32,000 nucleotides of DNA. Origin: Candidatus Saccharimonadota bacterium. Its GTDB lineage: Bacteria > Patescibacteriota > Microgenomatia > UBA1406 > GWC2-37-13. Position numbers and translations under genes: made by a program. Within the stretch, counting starts at the first letter, position 1. The number at the start of each line of letters is the position of its first letter. The stretch lies in the NCBI GenBank assembly GCA_016700135.1, contig CP065004.1, positions 1,290,001 through 1,322,000 on the forward strand, written 5' to 3'. Below are positions 1 through 8,503 of the stretch, piece by piece. The notes below the pieces were generated by a model. It did no database searches, was not told where the DNA came from, and saw only the letters and a program-made list of their open reading frames with translations.

Positions 1-96
1 GAAGACAAGGACATTTTCTGCCGAAGGAAACACGATACCGTCACGGATTGCTATGATAGGATAATTTTCTGTTTTTTTCTTTTGTATTTCTAACAT
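1..96 (-). CDS. Partial CDS: N-terminus of a Lon-type ATP-dependent protease (continues beyond window start)
   Basis: Minus-strand ATG at 96..94 reads MLEIQKKKTENYPIIAIRDGIVFPSAENVLVF. The P-I-I-x-I-R-D-x-I-V-F-P stretch resembles the opening of the Lon N-terminal domain. Only 32 codons are visible, and the ORF is absent from the track because it is truncated. Confidence 0.4.
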   Translation of the reverse strand, partial: MLEIQKKKTENYPIIAIRDGIVFPSAENVLVF

Positions 97-173
97 ATTC
101 GTATGTTTTTTTGCGTATAAAAGTTTGTAATTTTTTCGGAATATTAGCAGTATAGATTATCGATTGCTAAATG

Positions 174-1187
174 TCAACTTTCTGTATGAGTTCCATACAT
201 ATGGCACTCTTTTAGTAAAATAGATAATAGGTAATCCATAGGTGAAATATTGTTCAGGCTTTTGTGAACTCGCTTTGTATTGTACCAGACGAGGTATTCA
301 ATAAGGTGACGATTGAATGATCCGATACCGGTCCACTTGGTATAGATGTAGGGGTTCATAAATTCTTCCTGGAGTGTTCTGTTTGCTCGCTCAATAAAGG
401 CATTGATCTTGGGACATCTGGGGTAGATAAAGAGGTGTGGGATATTGTTTTCTTCCAGATAGTCATGGAAGTTTCCCAGATACTCGAGGCCGTTATCTGT
501 TTGTATGGTTTTATACCATCTTGTATTGGGTATACTAGTTCCAGTCTTCTCATAAAATCAGCACCGTTTCGGCTGTTGAGTTTTGAGTATCCGTAGGAGA
601 ACTGGAATTTGAGTTTGATGTCCACTGCATTGAAGACATACAGCTTGATTCCGTGTACAAACTTCGTGATGGTATCAATCTCAATGTATCCGGTATCTTC
701 CACCTTGGGAGACCGCTTGACCTTCTGTCGGTACTTTACTTTCCGTTTTGCAAAGCCACTTGCTGGATTGTGATAGATCCGGTAGGTCTTGCGCTGCAGG
801 TTGTGTCTTTTGATCACTTTTCCAATGGTTGACTCAGATATAGTTGAAATTCCTTCCTGTAGGCAATACTCATCAAGTAAGGGCTTGATCTTCTCCTTTC
901 CCAAACAAAAGTATTGTTCTCGAATCTCTTTGATAAAGGATATGACCTTCGGGTGAGTCTCCATACGTCGGGGTGTCTTTGGCTTGGTTGTCTCTGGTAT
1001 CAGGCTATCCAACTGCCCTTCTGAATCTCGCCGTCTCTTCCTCCATCGAAACAATGTCCTTCGTGATATCCCATATGCATCAACTGCAGCTTGTATCCCG
1101 TACTTCTCTGCAAATGTCAGAACATCGTTTCTGATTTGTGCTACATCTGACTGATTGTAGTCTGATAGAGATCGTATCTTTTTTCAT
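174..1187 (-). pseudogene. DD35E (rve-type) transposase with N-terminal HTH, interrupted by two homopolymer frameshifts
   Basis: The HTH is AEKYGIQAAVDAYGISRRTLFRWRKR. The catalytic residues are IEIDT, then QTDNG, then (35 aa later) FIERANRT. One frame change is at the T4 run 509-512 (...PIQDGIK / TIQTDNGLEYLGNFHDY...). The other is at the T6 run 1179-1184, immediately after the only usable ATG (1187..1185). The ORF reads through the left inverted repeat and stops at 174 in flanking DNA. Confidence 0.75.
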
Positions 1188-1301
1188 AAGATCTCTATTG
1201 TACTGCCAGTCATAACTCCTAATTACTCGAAGCTGATCTCCTCCCCATTTACTCATAGATGTTAGTTCCCTATGAGTGCCATATCTTTCGTAACTTATTC
1301 A
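183..1301 (-). mobile_element. Insertion sequence (single rve/DDE transposase, IS481/IS3-like) with TG...CA tips, about 27-bp imperfect terminal inverted repeats and a 5-bp CTTTC target-site duplication
   Basis: The left end 183-209 is TGTATGAGTTCCATACATATGGCACTC. The reverse complement of the right end 1274-1301 is TGAATAAGTTACGAAAGATATGGCACTC. They share a perfect 11-bp core (ATATGGCACTC, 199-209 / 1274-1284) and 8/10 identity at the tips. CTTTC occurs at 178-182 and again at 1302-1306, directly outside both ends. Confidence 0.7.
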
Positions 1302-1347
1302 CTTTCCTAGAAAATGATACCAGAAAAATGAAGATTTAGAAGGGAGA

Positions 1348-2193
1348 TTACACGAATTCGTTCCCGAATTTTTCAAAATCCGTAAACCGCTTCCGAAGCG
1401 TCAGAGGCTCAGCCAGTTGAGGTATCTGCTCATGGTATGCGGGACGTTCAGATTTGTAGAGAACACCCAGCGGAAACTTCTCCTCTAGAACTTCCATACT
1501 TTTATTCACTGCTTCGACAGCATTTGTCGGATCGTATGTTTCGTCAAGCTTGTATGTCTTCTGCAAATAATACTGATAGGTATTTACTTTGTTAAATGTC
1601 ACACACGGCTGAAGGATATTGACCAGTGAAAATCCTTTGTGTGAAACCGCTTGCTTGATCAGATCAATCACCAGACGTGCATCACCGGCAAACCCTTGTG
1701 AGACGAACGTGGCTCCCTGAGTGATAGCAAGTGCAAGAGGATTGACGCATTGTTCGATGATTCCGTGCGGAGTCGATTTTGACTTGAAACCTTTCTCGGC
1801 TGTAGGTGCGACCTGTCCCGTCGTCAAACCGTATACCATATTGTCATGTACGATGACGGTGATGTCATGATTTCCGCGACAGGCGTGCAGCAAATGGTTT
1901 CCGCCTTCTCCGTACAATCCTCCGTCGCCGCCTATTGCTATGACCGGCATATCGGGTCTGGCGACTTTCATACCGATTGCCGATGCGATCGCCCGTCCGT
2001 GTAGTCCGTGCATGGCATATCCATTCAAAAAATCATTCATGTTTCCGGAACACCCGATATCAAAAGAAAGAAATACCTTCGATGCATCAAATCCGAGCTG
2101 CTGCAGCGCGGTTTTTATTCCGACACGAATTCCCCAGTCTCCGCATCCGGGACACCAGGTTGGGGTATATGCATCAAACTGTACATTAGACAT
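1348..2193 (-). CDS. 2-oxoacid:ferredoxin oxidoreductase, beta (TPP-binding) subunit; substrate specificity not determinable
   Basis: The N-terminal Cys motif TWCPGCGDWGI and the TPP-binding loop AIGGDGGLYGEGGNHL are present. The gene lies 21 nt downstream of the alpha subunit gene. Confidence 0.9.
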   Translation of the reverse strand: MSNVQFDAYTPTWCPGCGDWGIRVGIKTALQQLGFDASKVFLSFDIGCSGNMNDFLNGYAMHGLHGRAIASAIGMKVARPDMPVIAIGGDGGLYGEGGNHLLHACRGNHDITVIVHDNMVYGLTTGQVAPTAEKGFKSKSTPHGIIEQCVNPLALAITQGATFVSQGFAGDARLVIDLIKQAVSHKGFSLVNILQPCVTFNKVNTYQYYLQKTYKLDETYDPTNAVEAVNKSMEVLEEKFPLGVLYKSERPAYHEQIPQLAEPLTLRKRFTDFEKFGNEFV

Positions 2194-2214
2194 AGTATTT
2201 CCGATAACTCATAA

Positions 2215-4005
2215 TTACATTTGCTCCTCAAGTTTTGCGAGCACGGATTCTTCAGTTCCGGTTACGCTAACAGCTTCTCTTTTGATCCCGAGCACATAAT
2301 CTCTGATTTCTTCCGGCCAGAACGGTCTGCCGTCATATTTAAGCAATTTTTCCTCAAAGGTAATTCCCGTCTGTTGTCTCAATAACTGTCCGAACTGTGC
2401 ATGAGAGTTGTTTTCTACAAGAATATGCCTCTGTGCTTTTTTACCGGCAAAAAATTCATGTAAGGATTTTTCATCCAAAGGATACATATGCGTGAAATGG
2501 ACAAAGCCATATCCTTTTTTGGTCTCATCGGCAAGCAGTCTCATCGCATCCAAAACAGGTCCTTTCATACTGCCCCATGAAACGAAAATTGTGTCAGCCT
2601 CCGGGTCACCGTAAAATGTCGGCAAAACGAAATCATTTTTAAAATATGTGCCATATTTTCTGTTTCGTTTATCCACCTGAACAATACGCGCTTTATCATC
2701 CTCAGTCGTATGGGAATCTTCAATATGTTCATAGGAATTTGCCTGATAATAGATTCCTTCCTTGCCCGGAATCAGCATTTCTGAAATACCGTCTTCTGCG
2801 TCTTTGTATCTCAAATACGGATTCATCTGGGTATCAGTGACAATTTTTCCGCGATTGGGGACATACTCAGCAAACATTTTGTCGATTGCTGCTTTATCAA
2901 CATCTTTATGTGATTCGGAAAGATACTTATCCGAAAGCACAATAACGGGAACCTGATAGATATCGGCAAGATCATATGCTTTCAGTGTCAGCTCCGCCAT
3001 TTCATCAATATCTCCGGGTGCCAAAACGATTTTGGGGAACTCACCGTGTCCGGCATGAACGGCAAACAGAAGATCTCCCTGTTCGGTCCAGGTCGGAAGT
3101 CCCGTGGCCGGTCCCGGACGCATGGAAAGAAATACGACAATCGGAATTTCCGCAACTCCGGCATATGACAAAGATTCCACCATCAAAGCAAACCCTCCTC
3201 CGGACGTACCGACCGAAGATCTGACTCCCGCATACGCTGATCCGAGCGCAGAATTTATGACGGCTATTTCATCTTCAGGATGGCGAACCACCATACCGTT
3301 GTCATACTGCCATGCAGCAAGGATCGATAATATCGATGAGGCTGGGGTCATGGGATAGGACGCATAATGACGGCAGTCAGCGGGAATACAGGCCAGTGAA
3401 AACATTTCGTTCCCGGTCATTACCATCTTTTTCGGAGGATTATCATGGCGTTTCAAAACATCCAATGACTGGATCGGTCCTTTGATGATATAATCATGCC
3501 CGATTTGCGCAAGTCTGAGATTGAAGTTCACGACTTCATCACCTTTGCGGTCAAATGCTTCATGAATCATGTCCTCAAGAAGTTTGAGATCTCCCCCAAG
3601 AAGCGCCACACTGGCAGCTACCGCGACGGTATTGATCATCTGCTGCTGGATCTTTTCATCTTTTCTAATCTGATTAAACGGAACGGGGATTTTTTTTACA
3701 TCCATCTCGATCTCAAACATCTCAGGATCATAGATGACCATACTTTCCGATGTCAGACGATGCTTATGAAATTCATAGGTGTCTTTATTGAGACAAACCA
3801 GAAGATCAACATTCCAGATTGATGAATGGATTTCTTCATCTGAGAATGCTACTTCGTACGTATTGTGCCCGCCGCGGATGAGAGAAGGATATTCCGTGTA
3901 GTCAAAAATGTGATAGCCGGAGCGCGTTGCAATTTTAGAGAATGTCAGACCTGAAGTCATGATTCCGAAGCCTGCTTCTCCGCCGATTTTCCAATTAAAT
4001 TTCAT
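2215..4005 (-). CDS. 2-oxoacid:ferredoxin oxidoreductase, fused gamma-alpha subunit
   Basis: 596 aa. A gamma-like N-terminal domain (KIGGEAGFGIMTSG) is followed by an alpha domain (ASYPMTPASSILS, GGGFALM). Confidence 0.9.
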   Translation of the reverse strand: MKFNWKIGGEAGFGIMTSGLTFSKIATRSGYHIFDYTEYPSLIRGGHNTYEVAFSDEEIHSSIWNVDLLVCLNKDTYEFHKHRLTSESMVIYDPEMFEIEMDVKKIPVPFNQIRKDEKIQQQMINTVAVAASVALLGGDLKLLEDMIHEAFDRKGDEVVNFNLRLAQIGHDYIIKGPIQSLDVLKRHDNPPKKMVMTGNEMFSLACIPADCRHYASYPMTPASSILSILAAWQYDNGMVVRHPEDEIAVINSALGSAYAGVRSSVGTSGGGFALMVESLSYAGVAEIPIVVFLSMRPGPATGLPTWTEQGDLLFAVHAGHGEFPKIVLAPGDIDEMAELTLKAYDLADIYQVPVIVLSDKYLSESHKDVDKAAIDKMFAEYVPNRGKIVTDTQMNPYLRYKDAEDGISEMLIPGKEGIYYQANSYEHIEDSHTTEDDKARIVQVDKRNRKYGTYFKNDFVLPTFYGDPEADTIFVSWGSMKGPVLDAMRLLADETKKGYGFVHFTHMYPLDEKSLHEFFAGKKAQRHILVENNSHAQFGQLLRQQTGITFEEKLLKYDGRPFWPEEIRDYVLGIKREAVSVTGTEESVLAKLEEQM

Positions 4006-4081
4006 TCAAATTATCAAATAGTTGATAAATACTCCAATACTTCATGCTACCTTTTTTTTACCGGGACTGCAACTCAATCAT

Positions 4082-4252
4082 TCAGTCGTAGCAGCACGGA
4101 TCCTTGTATCCGCAGTTCGTGCAGGTAGCGTCGCGGCCTCCCGGCATACCCTTAATTGTTTTTAATCCGCACTCAGGACATGTACGTGCATTACAGTTGC
4201 AATGACCGCAATTGCATGTATGTTCTGTAGTCGGTTTTTTATCGGGTTTCAT
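4082..4252 (-). CDS. Cys-rich 56-aa protein, metallothionein-like / zinc-ribbon-like (hypothetical)
   Basis: The sequence from the internal ATG at 4252 is MKPDKKPTTEHTCNCGHCNCNARTCPECGLKTIKGMPGGRDATCTNCGYKDPCCYD. It has 10 Cys and 2 His, a CxCxxCxC block, two CxxC knuckles and a terminal CC. The longer track ORF (to 4318) runs through a hairpin repeat and is probably spurious. Confidence 0.5.
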   Translation of the reverse strand: MKPDKKPTTEHTCNCGHCNCNARTCPECGLKTIKGMPGGRDATCTNCGYKDPCCYD

Positions 4253-4276
4253 TCGAAGAATTGAGAACAAAGCGCA

Positions 4277-4356
4277 GTAACCAAAATTTGTGAGTGAAGT
4301 GGATGTTCGATTCGCCATCTGGCGAAGAGTTCACTTCCGAACAAATTTTCGGTTAC
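4277..4356. repeat. Long imperfect hairpin, copy A of a two-copy repeat family (terminator-like 3' element of the ferredoxin gene)
   Basis: The arms are GTAACCAAAATTTGT (4277-4291) and ACAAATTTTCGGTTAC (4341-4356), giving 15 bp with a 1-nt bulge. Inner helices are GAAGTG/CACTTC (4296-4301/4332-4337) and TTCGCC/GGCGAA (4311-4316/4321-4326) around the loop ATCT. The flanks and arms are shared with 9260-9354. Confidence 0.6.
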
Positions 4357-4382
4357 AAGCGATGGTCTTAGGTTAGGTTAAA

Positions 4383-4661
4383 TTACTGAGGAAAAATTTT
4401 ATTTCCGTCCTTATCTTCCACAATGATTGCCGCAGTCGGACAACCTCGGGCAGCATCGATAATTGTGTCGTTCGAATCAGCCTCAGCCGAATCAAGAATG
4501 ATAGCTTTTGCCTCAGAATCCATAACAAATGTGTTCGGGGCGATCGCAACACATGTAGCTGCACCGATACACAAGTCACGGTCTACATGAAACTTAAGAT
4601 CACGAACGGTGACAGGTCCTGACGGACTTGCCGGATTTTTCAGCTTCTGATCATCTGACAT
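4383..4661 (-). CDS. Small single-cluster ferredoxin
   Basis: The protein reads MSDDQKLKNPA...DRDLCIGAATCVAIAPNTF...ARGCPTAAIIVED (92 aa from the ATG at 4661). The upstream part of the track ORF overlaps sufU and is rejected. Confidence 0.8.
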   Translation of the reverse strand: MSDDQKLKNPASPSGPVTVRDLKFHVDRDLCIGAATCVAIAPNTFVMDSEAKAIILDSAEADSNDTIIDAARGCPTAAIIVEDKDGNKIFPQ

Positions 4662-4686
4662 AGAACAAAAAGAAATAAAATAATAA

Positions 4687-5046
4687 TTACCGGGAAACGG
4701 CTTTGATAAGTGCTTCCCAAGAAAGAAGTGCACACTTCATCCTATTCGGTGTCAATTCTATCCCTAATAATCCTAACACATCTTCTTTCTTAAGTGACTT
4801 CAATTCTTTCTTTGATTTACCTTTGGCATACTCTGAAAGGAGGGATGCCGAAGCGGTTGATATGGCACAGCCTTCTCCCGTAAATCCCACTTCATCGACG
4901 ACTCCTTTTTTATCATGAATCTCGAAATGAAGTTTATCTCCGCATAGCGGATTATTAACATCAACTTTTGATGTCGGTTTACTCAACGGAGTATTATTTC
5001 TCGGGTTCTGATAATGATCCAGAATAATCTCCTCGTAAATACTCAT
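4687..5046 (-). CDS. sufU: SufU/IscU-type Fe-S cluster sulfur-transfer/scaffold protein
   Basis: The conserved Cys motifs NPLCGDKL, GEGCAISTASAS and MKCALLSW are present. The gene has a 4-nt ATGA overlap with sufS. Confidence 0.85.
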   Translation of the reverse strand: MSIYEEIILDHYQNPRNNTPLSKPTSKVDVNNPLCGDKLHFEIHDKKGVVDEVGFTGEGCAISTASASLLSEYAKGKSKKELKSLKKEDVLGLLGIELTPNRMKCALLSWEALIKAVSR

Positions 5047-6305
5047 ACAGTTTTTTTTAGAAGTGAAACGGCCTTCTTCAAACCGGTAATTAACACATCA
5101 ATATCATCTTCGTTGTTGTACAGATAAAAACTCGCTCTGGCGGTCGCTGCAAGTCCCAGTGAGTCATGAAGCGGCATGGTGCAGTGATGTCCTGCCCTGA
5201 CACAGACGGAATATTCGTCAAGGATCTGGGCAATATCATGAGGATGAATACCGTTTAGCGTAAAAGAAACAATCCCCGCCCTTCTTGATATGTCGTGTAG
5301 ACCGATTATCGAGATCATTTCTCCGAATTCATCGTTGAGAGCTGAAATTGCTTTTTCCGTAAGGTTTCTTTCATGTTCTGCGATAGCCTGAAAACCGTAA
5401 TACTGCAGATAAGCAATCGCTTCTTTCAACGCAATTACTTCGGCAATAGGCGGTGTCCCTGCTTCGAATTTATGCGGGACATCAGCAAATGTGGTTTCTT
5501 CAAGTGTTACTTCACGGATCATATCCCCGCCATACTGGTAAGGTTCCATTTTCTCAAGAATGTTTTTCCTGCCCCAGAGTACTCCGACTCCCGTCGGTCC
5601 GAGCATTTTATGTCCGGAAAAGACAAGGAAATCACAACCCAAATCCTGAACATCAATCTCATGATGAGGAGCAGCTTGCGCCGCATCAACAATCGTAATT
5701 ATGTCGGGATTTATTTTTTTTGCTGCAGTAATAATTTCCTTGACCGGGTTTATTGTTCCGAGCGTGTTGGACACATACGAAAGTGTCAGAATTTTTGAAT
5801 ACTTTGTGACAATATTCTGAAAATCAATAACGGGTTTCCCGGATTTGCCGTATGAGACAATTCCGAGTTCATGCTGATCATTGAGACCGATTATTTTCAA
5901 AACGGCACCGTTTTTTCCTACAAGCTGCTGCCAGGGAACAAAATTGGCATGATGTTCCATAACGGTTGTCACGATCTCGTCTCCTTCCTCAAGAAGTACT
6001 CCTAACGATGAGGCAAGAAGATTTAATGCTTCAGTAGTTCCCTTTGTAAATATAATTTCTTCGGGTGATTTAGAGTTTATAAATAACGATACAATTTTTC
6101 TTGTTTCTTCATATTCTTCCGAGGCTTTTTCAGCCAGTTTATAAATGCCTCTATGAATGTTTGCAGTGTACTTTTTGTAGTAATCATTCAGTTTATTGAT
6201 CACTGATATCGGTTTTAGGGAAGTTGCTGAAGAATCAAGGTAAACCAAATCAGGGTTATGATAATACATCGGAAAATCATCTCTGATTTGCTTCGGATTA
6301 AACAT
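5043..6305 (-). CDS. sufS: Cysteine desulfurase SufS (class V aminotransferase)
   Basis: The PLP-lysine motif FSGHKMLGPTGVGVL and the catalytic Cys loop RAGHHCTMPL are present. 420 aa. Confidence 0.9.
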   Translation of the reverse strand: MFNPKQIRDDFPMYYHNPDLVYLDSSATSLKPISVINKLNDYYKKYTANIHRGIYKLAEKASEEYEETRKIVSLFINSKSPEEIIFTKGTTEALNLLASSLGVLLEEGDEIVTTVMEHHANFVPWQQLVGKNGAVLKIIGLNDQHELGIVSYGKSGKPVIDFQNIVTKYSKILTLSYVSNTLGTINPVKEIITAAKKINPDIITIVDAAQAAPHHEIDVQDLGCDFLVFSGHKMLGPTGVGVLWGRKNILEKMEPYQYGGDMIREVTLEETTFADVPHKFEAGTPPIAEVIALKEAIAYLQYYGFQAIAEHERNLTEKAISALNDEFGEMISIIGLHDISRRAGIVSFTLNGIHPHDIAQILDEYSVCVRAGHHCTMPLHDSLGLAATARASFYLYNNEDDIDVLITGLKKAVSLLKKTV

Positions 6306-6310
6306 GATGA

Positions 6311-6316
6311 ATTATA
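6311..6316 (-). promoter_or_regulatory. Candidate -10 box TATAAT, 5 nt upstream of the sufS ATG (leaderless-type)
   Basis: The minus strand reads TATAAT-tcatc-ATG. There is no purine-rich SD in the gap. Confidence 0.4.
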
Positions 6317-6340
6317 AATGTATAACTGCTTTCTTCCCGG

Positions 6341-6907
6341 TTAACTCACGGCTTCAAAATCCGGGACTTTTTCTCTTACCTTATTATACACTTCGTCAAT
6401 AAATCCCTTTACCAGCATGTCACGGGCATCTTTTTCCGTGATACCTCGGGTCCGCACATACAATAGTTCATCCTTATTCAGTTTGCCTGTCGTCGAACCG
6501 TGAGTACAGAAGACATCATTCGCCAAAATCTCAAGAAACGGACGGGAGTCGACAAATACGCCGGGATTCAAAATGAGATTTTGGTTTTTCTGATAAGCAT
6601 GGCTTTGCTGTGCTGATTTTTCAAGTCTGATAAGACCCTGATAAATGAATTTTGATTCATCTTCAAAAACACCTTTGATGAGAAGATCGGAAAGTGATCC
6701 TGGCGCGGTATGGTGCTGGATGGTTTCGATATGAAACTGATCGGCTTTTTCCCCGGTGAACAGTCCGTAAATATAGAGTTCCACACCGGATGCTGCCACT
6801 TCAAATGTCAGTTTCCCCGACCGGTTATGAAAAAAGGCGACATACTGGCCTTTTTCATCAATTTTGACATGATCCTCAGTTGTGTTTGTTAAATCAATAA
6901 ATTTCAT
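6341..6907 (-). CDS. sufD: SufD-like Fe-S assembly protein, minimal 188-aa form
   Basis: The protein has a SufB/D-type beta-helix and C-terminal helices (...SHAYQKNQNLIL...EILANDVFCTHGSTTGKL...LLYVRTRGI...A..MLV.GF). It sits in the sufB-sufD-sufS position. Confidence 0.75.
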   Translation of the reverse strand: MKFIDLTNTTEDHVKIDEKGQYVAFFHNRSGKLTFEVAASGVELYIYGLFTGEKADQFHIETIQHHTAPGSLSDLLIKGVFEDESKFIYQGLIRLEKSAQQSHAYQKNQNLILNPGVFVDSRPFLEILANDVFCTHGSTTGKLNKDELLYVRTRGITEKDARDMLVKGFIDEVYNKVREKVPDFEAVS

Positions 6908-6980
6908 ATTATTTTGCTAATAATGTCGTGCAAGTCGAGGGCAGAATCTGGAACGCGCCCCTAAATTCAGCGTGCCATCC

Positions 6981-8381
6981 TCACCCCACACTTCCTTCCA
7001 TCTCTAACCTGATCAAACGGTTTAATTCGATTGAATACTCCAGGGGAATCTCCTTCGTCACCGGTTCCATAAATCCAAGTACCAACGCACTCTCGGCATC
7101 AGCCTTAGAAAGACCCCGTGACATCAGATAAAACAGTTTCTCATCCCCCAGTTTCTCAACCGTTGCTTCATGCTGAATCTCAATATCATCTTCCTTAATC
7201 TTCATAAAGGGATATGTATCAGAGCGTGATTCTTCATCCAAAATCAGCGCATCACAGGACACGAAAACCGATGAATTTTTTGCACCCGGAGACACCTGTA
7301 CCAGTCCCCGATAAGACGTCCTTCCGCCTTCTTTTGAGATTGATTTCGATACGATACGGGACGATGTATTGGGAGCGAAATGAAGCATCTTTGCTCCGGC
7401 ATCCTGCAGCTGATCTTTTCCTGCAAACGCAATCGAAAGCACTTCGCCGCGGGCACCCTCTCCATGCAGATACACACTCGGATATTTCATTGTGATCTGA
7501 CTGCCGATATTGCAGTCTACCCATTCCATAAATCCGCCTTCCGCACAGTGAGTGCGTTTCGTAACCAAATTGTAAACATTCTTGCTCCAGTTTTGGACTG
7601 TCGTATAACGCACATGGGCATTTTTCTTGACAAAAATCTCAACCACGGCAGCGTGCAAAGAGTCTGAAGTGTAAATCGGAGCGGTACAACCCTCAATATA
7701 ATGGACATCGCTTCCTTCTTCCGCAATGATAAGGGTACGTTCAAACTGTCCGAACCGCTCGGAATTAATCCGGAAATATGCCTGTAACGGAAGTTGTACC
7801 TTTACACCTTTCGGAACATACACAAATGATCCTCCTGACCAGACTGCAGAATTCAAAGCGGCAAATTTATTGTCGTGCGGCGGAATCAGTTTACCGAAAT
7901 ACTCCTGCACAAGCTCGGGATGTTCGCGAACGGCAGTGTCCATGTCGCAGAAAATCACTCCCTGTTTTGATAAAGCTTTATTTACACTTTCGTATACTAC
8001 TTCAGACTCATACTGAGCAGAAACTCCCGCCAAAAACTTTTTTTCAGCTTCAGGCACACCGATACGATCATATGTTTCTTTAATCTCTGCGGGTAATTCC
8101 TCCCACGAAGATGCCTGATTTTCCGTCGGTCTCAGGTAGTAGTAAATATCATCAAAACGGATTTTTGAGAGATCAGGACCCCATGACGGCATCTTTTTTT
8201 CACCGAAAATCTTATATGATTTTACCCGAAACTCCGTCATCCACTTCGGTTCCTTTTTTATCGCAGAAATCTGCCTTACCTTTGCTTCGTCCAAGCCTTT
8301 CTCCGCCTTAAATACGGCCTTCTCCGGCATGGAGAATCCATATTTGTAGTCAAATTGTATATCTTCCTGTTGTTTTGACAT
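6981..8381 (-). CDS. sufB: Fe-S cluster assembly protein SufB
   Basis: 466 aa from the ATG at 8381 ([16 protein letters not shown]...). There is SufB-typical conservation through ...[20 protein letters not shown]... Confidence 0.9.
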   Translation of the reverse strand: MSKQQEDIQFDYKYGFSMPEKAVFKAEKGLDEAKVRQISAIKKEPKWMTEFRVKSYKIFGEKKMPSWGPDLSKIRFDDIYYYLRPTENQASSWEELPAEIKETYDRIGVPEAEKKFLAGVSAQYESEVVYESVNKALSKQGVIFCDMDTAVREHPELVQEYFGKLIPPHDNKFAALNSAVWSGGSFVYVPKGVKVQLPLQAYFRINSERFGQFERTLIIAEEGSDVHYIEGCTAPIYTSDSLHAAVVEIFVKKNAHVRYTTVQNWSKNVYNLVTKRTHCAEGGFMEWVDCNIGSQITMKYPSVYLHGEGARGEVLSIAFAGKDQLQDAGAKMLHFAPNTSSRIVSKSISKEGGRTSYRGLVQVSPGAKNSSVFVSCDALILDEESRSDTYPFMKIKEDDIEIQHEATVEKLGDEKLFYLMSRGLSKADAESALVLGFMEPVTKEIPLEYSIELNRLIRLEMEGSVG

Positions 8382-8387
8382 TGAATG

Positions 8388-8503
8388 AAAAAATGAAATA
8401 ATTGATTTGTATAAGTGTGCGTAAAATGAGCAGAGCAATGCGCGATCGTGGAGAACTCCGACAACTCCACTAGCGAACAAGCACGCGTAATACAAACAAT
8501 TAT
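8388..8503 (-). terminator. About 105-nt hairpin followed by a T6 tract between sufC and sufB (terminator/attenuator-like)
   Basis: The arms ATAATTGATTTGTAT (8398-8412) and ATACAAACAATTAT (8490-8503) pair 14 bp with a 1-nt bulge. The core is GC-rich and includes TGGAG...CTCCA. On the minus strand the stem is followed by TTCATTTTTTCATTCA and then the sufB ATG. Confidence 0.35.

Noticed and set aside
4082-4252. Cys-rich mini-ORF as a RiPP precursor (SCIFF/ranthipeptide-like)
   Set aside because: No radical-SAM maturase, protease or exporter is adjacent. The neighbours are ferredoxin, SUF and oxidoreductase genes, so a metal-binding structural role is more plausible.
8382-8495. N-terminal extensions in the ORF track for sufB (38 aa), and likewise for nnrD (29109-29204), glmS (15829-15957), ferredoxin (4662-4733), the Cys-rich ORF (4253-4318), the GT2 (18541-18594) and the Trbp gene (31595)
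   Set aside because: The extensions translate palindromic repeats or overlap neighbouring genes. In each case a canonical family N-terminus (for example MCGIFGYIG for GlmS) starts at an internal ATG.
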